A stretch of DNA of 64,000 nt from Thecamonas trahens ATCC 50062 (Eukaryota; Protista; Apusomonadida): assembly GCF_000142905.1 (NCBI RefSeq), contig NW_013657638.1:151103-215102 (forward strand). The letters are read 5' to 3'. A program made the translations under genes and the position numbers. The notes below the pieces were generated by a model. The model did not search any database, was not told where the DNA came from, and worked only from the letters and a program-made list of their open reading frames with translations. This document shows, in pieces, positions 12,401 to 21,629 of this stretch (positions are counted from its first letter, which is position 1; each line of letters begins with the position of its first letter).

Positions 12401-12519
12401 GGGTCGCAGTCCTCGGGTGCCACAACGGCCCAGTCACCGCATGTTCCGCCCACAGGCGGGGAGAGGGCCACCAGGGCCAGAGCGAGAACAGCCACCGCCA
12501 CCGCCACCGCCACAGCCAT
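9494..12519 (-). CDS. type I membrane protein with ~4 large Cys-rich disintegrin-like repeats, DxDxDG-type acidic motifs and an NPxY tail; exons 12519-12375 and 11963-9494, with a -1 frame break near 11776
   Basis: Signal peptide MAVAVAVAVAVLALALVALS, then CGDWAVVAPEDCDPPGFACCNP|ACEF joined across a GTACGA..CAG intron. Four C..D[DN]DGDG..D..D.DC motifs; TM FLIPIAVLGCCILLLLLLLLAF; tail NPVYDNL. Confidence 0.75.
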
Positions 12520-12653
12520 AGAGTGGATGACCATGACAGGAATGAAGGGGGTGGGGAAGAGTGAGTGACCTTGCCTATCCCTTCACCTCGCTTCTTCTCT
12601 TGGCTACCTCCACTCGGCCGTCCCAGTTCGACAGAGTTGTGTATGTATGTGCG

Positions 12654-12686
<33 letters not shown>

Positions 12687-12795
12687 CGTCCCGCACGATC
12701 CGCCCGCCCACGCCCGTCCGACCGTCCCGCTCACCCCGGCCGGCTGCTCTCGCTCGACCCACCGTTTGCTGTCGTTCTGACACATCACTCATGAT

Positions 12796-15271
12796 TTAGC
12801 GGATGTGGACGACAAAGTCCCAGATGCCCGACGCGACAGCAGGAGGGGCAGCAACGCCGATGAGTGATGCCCGGTCGGCGAGGGCGGTGTCCATGGCCAT
12901 GGCGCGGGAAATGTTGGCCATCCACACATCGCGCTCGGCCTGGGCGTGGGCAACGCACTCGTAGACCCGCTTGGCGGTGACGATGTGAAGCGAGGTGGCC
13001 GGTCCGACACCGAGCTTGGCTTGGACCTTGGCTGGTGTCTCGGCAGGCTCGACGCTGGTGATGGCGGCGAGCGGAATGCGGCCGTTGGGATCGGCGAGAT
13101 CCACGGCCGCCAACGAGTCGGCGTAGATGAGGTCACCCGATGCATCGATGAGGAAGCCGCGCCGCTTGTAGGTCTTGTGCCGGCGACCCTTTTTGTACAG
13201 ATGGCCGGCGTAAAAGACAAAGGCGGGCGAGTCGAGGAGTGTGACAAGTTGCATCTTTTCGGCGGCCATCATGGCAAAGCGCTCCTGCATCTTGCCGCCG
13301 TCAAATTGCTTGTTGTTGGCCTGGAGCGTGAGAAGCTGGGCATAGATGGAGAGCACGTCAGCATCGAGCGACTTTTCCATCCGCGCCTCAAAGGCGGCGT
13401 ACAGCTCAGCGTGCCACCTGTTGAGCTGCTCTAGTGCAGACTTGAACGCGCCCCACTTGCGGACATCAAGCGCGCGGGTGAGAACGCCAAAGATGGTCAC
13501 CCAAGCCACGTCGTGCTCCACCCGCACCATGTCAATATGCTCGAGAACAACCGGAACATGCCGCCGCAGTGCCACCGCCGCCTCGCCCTCGCCCGACCCG
13601 ACGCAGTCGACAATGGCGCACACCGCCCGCATGATGAGGACCCGGTACTGGAGGACGTGCGCAAAGCCCCAGTCGTCGCGCTCGTCGTTCCCGTGCGCCT
13701 CCCACCCAACCACGGCAGCCTCGAGGATCTCTACCGCAGACGTCAGCAGCTGGGTCCGCACCGCGCGGGCGTCCGAGTCGGTCGAACGCGCCAGCGCCTG
13801 TCCGTAATAGAACTCGGCGACCCCGATGTTGACTCGCGAAGCCTCGGGCGCGAGCACGTTGGTCGCACCCGAGGGAAAGGTCGCCGCAAGCTTAAACGCT
13901 GCCAGCGCCTCCTTGTACAGGCTGATTGCGGCGTCGTTGTCAAACTCGAGAGTGATGGCTGCCAGATGCACTAGCGCAACGCCCTGGTTGTTAGCGGCAC
14001 GGCCGGCGTCGATCTTTTCGTCGCCGAGCTTGTCGGCGCCATTGACGATGACATGCTGGTACTGGCCGACAACTTCGCGAAGAGGAGTGCCCGGATTGAG
14101 CATTTCCGGACTCTGCATGACCGCCATGTGCGCTACGTTGGTCTTCTGGAACGTTGTCCGCCCAAAAATGTGACCCTGTCGGTCGTACTCGAGCGCGTGC
14201 AGCCGCTCGCGCTCGTTCTTGGCCTCGTCGAGCTGCGGGACTCGGAGCCGGCTGCGCGCCTCATCCTTGGAGATTCGCACAGTATCGTCAAACGAGGTCG
14301 TGTTGACAAAGCGGACTGGCGGGAGCGACGGTGTTGAGGTCTTACGGCCCGGAATCGCATCAGCCCGAACCGCAGACGCCACCTCGACAGTGGCTGGTGG
14401 CGGCGTGGGCTCTGCCGCTGGCCCTGCGCTGCTTCCCCATCCACCGCCGCTCGTGCTCGCGCTCGTTCCCGTGACCGACGCTGGCGCTGCGTACGCCGAG
14501 CTGGTCTCGGACGATGGAGACGCCGACACTTCAGCAGTATCGTACGCCTCACCAGGCATGTCGAGGTGACCAGAGACTGGGCGTTGTGACGTCTGAGTCG
14601 GGGGCTGGGTTGCCAGATCCCCTCCTGGCACAGGCACAGCAGCGGCAGCAGCCTCTGCCGCTGCCTGTGCCTCGACGGCCAGGCGGATCTCCTCGCGAGC
14701 CGCCAGATAAGCCACTTTGCCCGAGAAAGAAACCATGGCAGGGTGAAGCCAGAACGAGTCGAGCTCTACAACAGCCTCCAACCACGTCTCGAGACCAGCT
14801 CTCCGCTCCTCGATGACACTTGGCGAGGTGTTGTTGAACAGTTTTGTGCCCGGAAAGCCCTTTGCCAGCACCGGCACCTTGCCAAACTCGCCCATCAACT
14901 CTTTCCGCAGCGCCCTGAACGTCGAGTATCGATGCTGGATCGCCCACGATTTGGTCCCTGGCTCGGAGAAGTGCACCTCATACAGCTGCCCTCACCACCA
15001 TCACCACCATCACCACCATCACCACCATCACCACCATCGCCACCATCGTCATCGCCATCATCAACAACCCCACCATCGCCGGCATTGCCACCACCACCAC
15101 CACCACCACCACCACCACCACCACCCGTGAGTCTGTGTCCCCCCTCCCCCTCCCCCTCCCCCCCCCCCCCCTTCCCCCAACCTCTGCTCGGCCTCGACTT
15201 ACCGTGAACACGCCCGAGAGCTCATCCTTCACGTTGCATGTCAACGGGATGGCCACACTCCGTCCGGACAT
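12796..15271 (-). CDS. PX domain + helical region + PH domain protein; exons 15271-15203 and 14985-12796
   Basis: The GTAAGT..CAG intron gives FT|LYEVHF..HRYSTFRALRKEL..FPGTKLF..IEERRAGLETWL (PX). The C-terminal GHLYKKGRRHKTYKRRGF..GRIPL..RVYECVA..ERDVWMANI is a PH domain. Confidence 0.85.
14993..15124. repeat. (CAC/CAT)n trinucleotide repeat in the PX-gene intron
   Basis: Imperfect caccaccat/caccac array. Confidence 0.85.
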
Positions 15272-15941
15272 GCCCCCTCTCGCTCGCCCGCTCGCTCTAT
15301 AATGTCGAGGGGGTGAGGAAGGTGGTGGGCTTCGGTGGCTGGCGCGGTGGAGTGGGGTGGCGGTGGGGGGTGGGGGTGGGGGGAGAGTGGCGGAGAGTGG
15401 CTGAGTTCGGCCAACGGACCCAAACTGGGCGGGGAAGGGGGGAGGGGAAGGGGAAGGGAAGGGAAGGGGGGGGATGCTCATCATCTGTCAACTGATACCC
15501 GATACGATTAACCGAAAGCACAGATGGGAAAGAAGACCAGATGCTGGGCACACATCGGGTTTGTGTTGGTGGCTATTGGCTCCTCCTCGGCACGGGCGTT
15601 GGTTATCATCCATCGATCGGGCTTCGGGCGCAGCAATGGAGCATGGCAGCCGCGATGTGTCCACGGATTGACCACATGCACTTTGTCAACAGTCTGCCCC
15701 ACTCCCATCCAATCGTCCAGAAGCGCGGAGAGGAGGACTAGACGAGCTGCTTGACACACATCAAACAAGTGATGGATCAAGGAGTATGACCTTTGTGCTG
15801 ACTTTGGTCATCGTCGATCAGGCGAGGTGGTACACGCCAGAGTTGAGCAACAGTCCTGAACGAGTGGTTCAAGGGCCAACGACCAGCACTCGACGCCAAC
15901 GACACGGAAGCTGACCAAGGCAGGGAGGGAGGGCGACAGGC

Positions 15942-17795
15942 ATGGCCCGGGCACGGCATTGGCTGGACCAATACAGAATCCCCTGTCGACCAAGTAGTCC
16001 TCCGCTGGAGGAGAAGTTGCTGGCAGAGCTGGTGGTCGAGACAGAGGTCGAGACAGAGGTCGAGATAGAGGCTGCTGGCGATGTCGGCGGGAGGCTGCCG
16101 CTGTCAAGCGAAAAGACGGTGGCGGCTGTGTTCCATCTGGTTGAAGCACATGGACGGACGCCGCCGTCAGGAATGCGGCGGCAGCTTGGGGATAGTGTCC
16201 CGCCTCGATCGCCTGGATCGCCGTCGCGAAGAAGGCTTGGCCCTCTACCGGATCTGCCAGATCTGATGGATGTACCGGCCGCCAGCAGTGCGAGAACGGT
16301 GGCTGACCTATCGACCGGGGTCCGAGCTGCGCTGATGAAGCAGTTTACCGTGCTAGCACCCATCCGCTCGGCCGAGGACAGCGGCGATGGGCGCAGCGGG
16401 GCCGCCGAGGTGCTCGACACCGAGGGGGCGGCGCAGCTGCTGCGCCGGGCCAAGCTCGCTGCTCCTGTCCGGTCGACGTCGCGGAGCCATCTGTACGAGA
16501 TGGAGGTGCCGGAAGAAATCCGTGTGGCGCTGGAAGACGCCGAGCTGGGCGAGATCTACATGAGCAGCGACAGCGACGACGACAACGGTGAGATGAGCAG
16601 GTTGATGCGGAGCGTGAGCGGACTGCTCCTCTCGCGGTCGCGGTCGCGGTCACTACGATCGTTGCTGATATATGACGCCAAGCCAGTGATGGTCAGTACT
16701 CCCGAGCCCGTAGCTGAGGCCGGTATGGTGGCGGTGTGTGCCAAGAGCGTGTCGGTGGACGTGGCGGGCCGAGTTGCCGAGGAGACGACGCTGGTCGAGG
16801 ATGCGTACGAGCGGCACGCGCGGACGTTTGCGCTGTGGCGAGCGTCGGTCTACTGGTTCCGCTGGGTGATGGCGGAGCGCGAGGCGCGGGTCCGGCGCAA
16901 CAAGGCAGATCTGCTAGCAGGTGTGCTGCAGGTCATTGTGGCGCGCCGGGCGCTGCGAGCCTGGCGCGCGGTTGTCGAGCACCGGGCACAGATTGCGGAG
17001 GCGGCCGACGCCTTTGCCGCGCCACAGGAGCAGGCGCTTGTTGTACGGGCGTGGCGGATGTGGGAGCGGGAAGCGCGGGCACGGGCCGGTGCGCGCAAGC
17101 TGAACACGGCCTTGCTACGGACAAAGCTGAGCCTTGGCTTTGCAGTCTGGCACTGGTACACCAAGGCGACGCGGGCATGGCGACGGCGTGACGGGCAGGT
17201 GCCGGAGCCTGCGACGGAAATTGCACCGCATGTGCGCGAGCTCAAAGTTGAGCTGGAGCATGAGCTGATGAGGCACAAGGTGGTGGTGGAGATCTCGCTC
17301 CATGCCCGCATGCCCAGCCTGCTTCGAGCGTGGCGCGAGGCGATCACCAACATGCGCTTGGAACGCGTGGCGGTCCTCACCTACTTTGGCAACCTGCGAG
17401 GATGGACATTCAAGGTATGGCGCAACCGCGCGACCCGAGCGCGGCTGGTCCGGGCCGACCGGGCCTGGCGCCGCAAGTGGGAGCGCAAGAAGCTGGTCTC
17501 AAAGCGACTGACAGACGCCGCTATCGCGCAGCGAGGCGAGGCCATCATGCAGAAGCGTCGCCGCGAACACGATGTGGCCATGGACGAGCTACAGGACCAA
17601 CTGGAGGCAAGTATGGACCAGCTGCAGGATGTCCGTCGGCGGGCTGCGCAGCTCTCGGTTGCGCTTCGCGATCGAGCTCGGCTCCGGGCCGCACGCGGAC
17701 GCGAGCTCGACGGCTGGATCACTGAGCAAGCGTTCGCCACGTCTGCTGCCATGGGAAGAGAATCCAGCGGCATGATAGAGGTTCCGCCGTCATAG
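15942..17795 (+). CDS. hypothetical protein with Sfi1-like Trp-spaced repeats and a C-terminal coiled coil
   Basis: Repeated LRAWR, RAWRMW, FAVWHWY, LLRAWRE and FKVWRNR motifs, reminiscent of centrin-binding Sfi1 repeats; start uncertain. Confidence 0.5.
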   Translation: MARARHWLDQYRIPCRPSSPPLEEKLLAELVVETEVETEVEIEAAGDVGGRLPLSSEKTVAAVFHLVEAHGRTPPSGMRRQLGDSVPPRSPGSPSRRRLGPLPDLPDLMDVPAASSARTVADLSTGVRAALMKQFTVLAPIRSAEDSGDGRSGAAEVLDTEGAAQLLRRAKLAAPVRSTSRSHLYEMEVPEEIRVALEDAELGEIYMSSDSDDDNGEMSRLMRSVSGLLLSRSRSRSLRSLLIYDAKPVMVSTPEPVAEAGMVAVCAKSVSVDVAGRVAEETTLVEDAYERHARTFALWRASVYWFRWVMAEREARVRRNKADLLAGVLQVIVARRALRAWRAVVEHRAQIAEAADAFAAPQEQALVVRAWRMWEREARARAGARKLNTALLRTKLSLGFAVWHWYTKATRAWRRRDGQVPEPATEIAPHVRELKVELEHELMRHKVVVEISLHARMPSLLRAWREAITNMRLERVAVLTYFGNLRGWTFKVWRNRATRARLVRADRAWRRKWERKKLVSKRLTDAAIAQRGEAIMQKRRREHDVAMDELQDQLEASMDQLQDVRRRAAQLSVALRDRARLRAARGRELDGWITEQAFATSAAMGRESSGMIEVPPS

Positions 17796-18055
17796 TCAGA
17801 TGTAGCCGTTGCAAAGTTGAGTCCACTCCCTTAAAAGGTGTCTATGCATTCAGCGTTGATGTTTGGAGATGATGGGCTGGGGGGGGGGGGGGGGCTTAGG
17901 GTGAGATCCAATGCGCAAACACGACGACCGCCCCTCTAGTCGAGTCATCTGGAGACTGAGTGGCTTGGTTATTACATCCACGGCCGGGACCACGACGACC
18001 ACGGTAACAAGAACGGGGCCCCCACTGCGCCAGGAATCGGCTGGGGGGGGGGGGG

Positions 18056-18155
18056 NNNNNNNNNNNNNNNNNNNNNNNNNNNNNNNNNNNNNNNNNNNNN
18101 NNNNNNNNNNNNNNNNNNNNNNNNNNNNNNNNNNNNNNNNNNNNNNNNNNNNNNN
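18056..18155. other. assembly gap (100 N)
   Basis: N characters flanked by poly-G. Confidence 0.99.
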
Positions 18156-18207
18156 GGGGGGAGGGGAGAGGGGGGAGGGGACTGACGAGGATAGAGGGGG
18201 CGTACAG

Positions 18208-19982
18208 AGGGTGAGCCTCTGGGAGACGACGACCTGGACGACCTCATGGCCGAGCTGGAGATCGAGGTGGAGGAGGAGGTAGCGGCGGAAGCTGATGCTG
18301 CCGCCAAGGCCAAGGCTGAGGCTGATGCTGCCGCCAAGGCCAAAGCTGAGGCCGATGCTGCCGCCAAGGCCAAGGCTGAGGCTGATGCTGCCGCCAAGGC
18401 CAAGGCTGAGGCTGAGGCTGCCGCCAAGGCCAAGGCTGAGGCTGAGGCTGCCACCAAGGCCAAGTCTGAGGCCGAGGCCGATGCTGCCGCCAAGGCTAAT
18501 ACTCCCTCCCAGCCCCACGCCGCACACCAGACGCGTTCCACTCCCGTCAGTCGGACGGCGGCTGAGCGCGGCGAGATCCCGCTGATGGGGAGAAAGGCGA
18601 AGCAGTCGTCGCCGCCGCAATTCGGGGGCAACCACGCCAAGTGCCCAAAGTGCAGCAAGACTGTGTACCCCATCGAAGCGCGCAAGATCAACGACATCCG
18701 CTACCACAAGACTTGCGCCCGCTGCGCCGAGTGCGACAAGACTGTCGGAGCCGACTATGTTGTTGCCAACAACCAACTCTACTGCAAGGTCCATGTACCC
18801 AAGTCGAGCGCATTGGTCGCGAGCTCGGCACCACCGCCGAGCTCTAGGACTTCTTCTCGCCCTGCATCGGTGGGTGGCTTTGGCGGCGGCGGCTCCAAGT
18901 GCCCGACGTGCGCAAAGACCGTGTACAAGCTCGAGGCGCTTAAGATTGACAACGTGGTGTTCCACAAGTCTTGCGTCCGCTGTGCAACATGCGCCAAGGT
19001 GCTGAAGAAGGAGACGTACGTCAAGGTCGAGGGCACGTTTTACTGCGAAGGCCATGTGCCCAAGCTCAAGGCTGTAGACGGCGCCACCGGCGAGCGCCCG
19101 TCGTTCGAAGCGCCGCCACCGTCAGGCGCTGCCATGTCAGCGGTTGGCGATGAGGTTGCCGCCGCTGTTGACCGCATCGGTGACCACGTGGCGACGTCTG
19201 AGGCGCTGCCCAAGTGCCTCGGCTGCCGCGAGCCGATTGACGGCGCACGCACCGCTGCGCTCGGCGGCTCGTTCCATCCGGCTTGCCTCAAGTGCGCCTC
19301 GTGCAACATGCCCATCAAAGGTGTTGTCAAGGAGGACCTGAAGGCCCGCAAGGCCTACTGCCTCCCGCACTACCAAGCGTCCGGCGGCGCAGCGGCCAAG
19401 ACCTACACATGCGTCGCGTGCTCGTCCACCATCCAGGCCGGCGACCGCGTCACGCTCCCGTCGAACAAGGCCTCGTACCACAAGGCATGCTTTGTCTGCT
19501 CCAAGTGCTCCGGGCCAATTGCGGGCAGCTCCGCCGACTCGGGCTCGTACGCGCTCGTCGATGGCGCCCCGGTATGCTCCTCGTGCAGTGATCAGGGCGA
19601 GTGCCATGGATGCAGCTCACCCATCCGCTCCGCCGTGGTCATGGAGGTCGTCGGCCGCAAGTACCACCCGGCATGCCTCAAATGCTCCGAGTGTGGCACC
19701 CGCCTCACCGAGGTCTGCATCCACAACGGCGACATCTACTGCGCGACCCACAATCCCAGCGGTGACAACATGTGTGCCGGGTGCGGCGCCGCCATCCAAG
19801 GCACCGCCTCGCGCGCAATCGGCAAGGTCTGGCACCCGGCGTGCCTCGTCTGCCACAGGTGCCAGACTCCTCTCTCTGGCAAGAAGTTCTTCCGCTGCGC
19901 CGACGCCGGCGGCGTAGACCAACCATGGTGCGAAAAGCACATTCGAGCCGCAAAGCGCAAGGCTGCCCAGGCTGGGCACTAG
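18208..19982 (+). CDS. LD-motif + six-LIM-domain protein (paxillin-like); 5' exon probably lies in or before the gap
   Basis: Branch-like ACTGAC (18181) and CAG acceptor (18207), then DDDLDDLMAELE. Two CRP-type LIMs (FGG..KCPxCxKTVY..E) followed by four paxillin/PINCH-type LIMs (H[PK]AC[LF].C..C). Confidence 0.85.
18286..18497 (+). repeat. 30-bp coding tandem repeat encoding (AEADAAAKAK)n, about 7 copies
   Basis: gctgaggctgatgctgccgccaaggccaag units. Confidence 0.92.
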
Positions 19983-19987
19983 CTACC

Positions 19988-20815
19988 TCAGTAAAAGAGC
20001 GCGTCTTTGACTGCCTGGTGGAGCGGGAGCACCGGTCGGCTCTGCTCGTCCGCGGCAACAAGGACGCTCTCCGGCCCGATCTCGCCCTTGCGCACCTTGA
20101 GCTCATGGAGGAGGAGTCCGGCCGGGGTCGATGGGACACAGACCTCGGTAGCCGCGCCGCTACGCGCTGCCGCTGCAGCTTCGCCGCGGTTGAGCGCCTC
20201 CAGAAGGCCAGCCATCGACGCGTGGAGTGTGGCCGCCACCGACCGCCCGCTACCGCCTGCCGACGCGAGGGTCGGCTTGATAGACCGTAGCGAGTCAGCC
20301 ACGTCATGAACTAGCGGCAGCGTCCGAGCCACGTCTACCTCATCGCCCTCGGTCTCGCTGTCAAGCAGTCGCTGCAGCGTCTCCATCCGCGACACTAGCG
20401 ACCGGGCCCGCGGCGGGAGCGCGTCCACCTCGAGCAGCTGTGCCCGCTCACGCTCCTCAGGCTCACCCCACTGCAGGCCCGCGCGTGTCTGTGATGTTCC
20501 TGCTCCTGTTGGTATCGCCTGCGCGCCGAGGCTGTGCTCCCGCCGCCGAAGCGCGGAGCCGCTCGATATGTTGAGGCTCACCGATCGTGAGTACGACTCG
20601 TCGTCTTCGGACGCCGAGAGTGTCTCCGACCCACCAGTTGGGCTCCATACTCCGTCCGATGGCGCGTGGAACGAGACCCGTGACGCGACTCGCGAGAGCG
20701 AGCGGCTCATGCCTGCGCCCGAGCGCGCCAGATGCGCGTGGGCAGCCGCCGAGGCAGACGGTGCTGGTGGGCGGCGCGCGGGCGGCAGCGCGTCACGGGC
20801 CAACAGTGGCGGCAT
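19988..20815 (-). CDS. hypothetical protein; may extend 5' into the gap
   Basis: Open frame with coding-like bias ending 5 nt from the LIM-gene stop; no recognisable domain. Confidence 0.5.
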   Translation of the reverse strand: MPPLLARDALPPARRPPAPSASAAAHAHLARSGAGMSRSLSRVASRVSFHAPSDGVWSPTGGSETLSASEDDESYSRSVSLNISSGSALRRREHSLGAQAIPTGAGTSQTRAGLQWGEPEERERAQLLEVDALPPRARSLVSRMETLQRLLDSETEGDEVDVARTLPLVHDVADSLRSIKPTLASAGGSGRSVAATLHASMAGLLEALNRGEAAAAARSGAATEVCVPSTPAGLLLHELKVRKGEIGPESVLVAADEQSRPVLPLHQAVKDALFY

Positions 20816-20822
20816 CGGCACT

Positions 20823-21610
20823 NNNNNNNNNNNNNNNNNNNNNNNNNNNNNNNNNNNNNNNNNNNNNNNNNNNNNNNNNNNNNNNNNNNNNNNNNNNNNN
20901 NNNNNNNNNNNNNNNNNNNNNNNNNNNNNNNNNNNNNNNNNNNNNNNNNNNNNNNNNNNNNNNNNNNNNNNNNNNNNNNNNNNNNNNNNNNNNNNNNNNN
21001 NNNNNNNNNNNNNNNNNNNNNNNNNNNNNNNNNNNNNNNNNNNNNNNNNNNNNNNNNNNNNNNNNNNNNNNNNNNNNNNNNNNNNNNNNNNNNNNNNNNN
21101 NNNNNNNNNNNNNNNNNNNNNNNNNNNNNNNNNNNNNNNNNNNNNNNNNNNNNNNNNNNNNNNNNNNNNNNNNNNNNNNNNNNNNNNNNNNNNNNNNNNN
21201 NNNNNNNNNNNNNNNNNNNNNNNNNNNNNNNNNNNNNNNNNNNNNNNNNNNNNNNNNNNNNNNNNNNNNNNNNNNNNNNNNNNNNNNNNNNNNNNNNNNN
21301 NNNNNNNNNNNNNNNNNNNNNNNNNNNNNNNNNNNNNNNNNNNNNNNNNNNNNNNNNNNNNNNNNNNNNNNNNNNNNNNNNNNNNNNNNNNNNNNNNNNN
21401 NNNNNNNNNNNNNNNNNNNNNNNNNNNNNNNNNNNNNNNNNNNNNNNNNNNNNNNNNNNNNNNNNNNNNNNNNNNNNNNNNNNNNNNNNNNNNNNNNNNN
21501 NNNNNNNNNNNNNNNNNNNNNNNNNNNNNNNNNNNNNNNNNNNNNNNNNNNNNNNNNNNNNNNNNNNNNNNNNNNNNNNNNNNNNNNNNNNNNNNNNNNN
21601 NNNNNNNNNN
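20823..21610. other. assembly gap (N-run)
   Basis: N characters. Confidence 0.99.
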
Positions 21611-21629
21611 CCCCCCTTCCCCCCAATAC

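Noticed and set aside
20568-21629. ORFs running through N-gaps (1435-aa channel ORF, 632-aa and 472-aa ORFs)
   Set aside because: Continuity is produced by Ns translated as X; the frame across a gap is unknowable.
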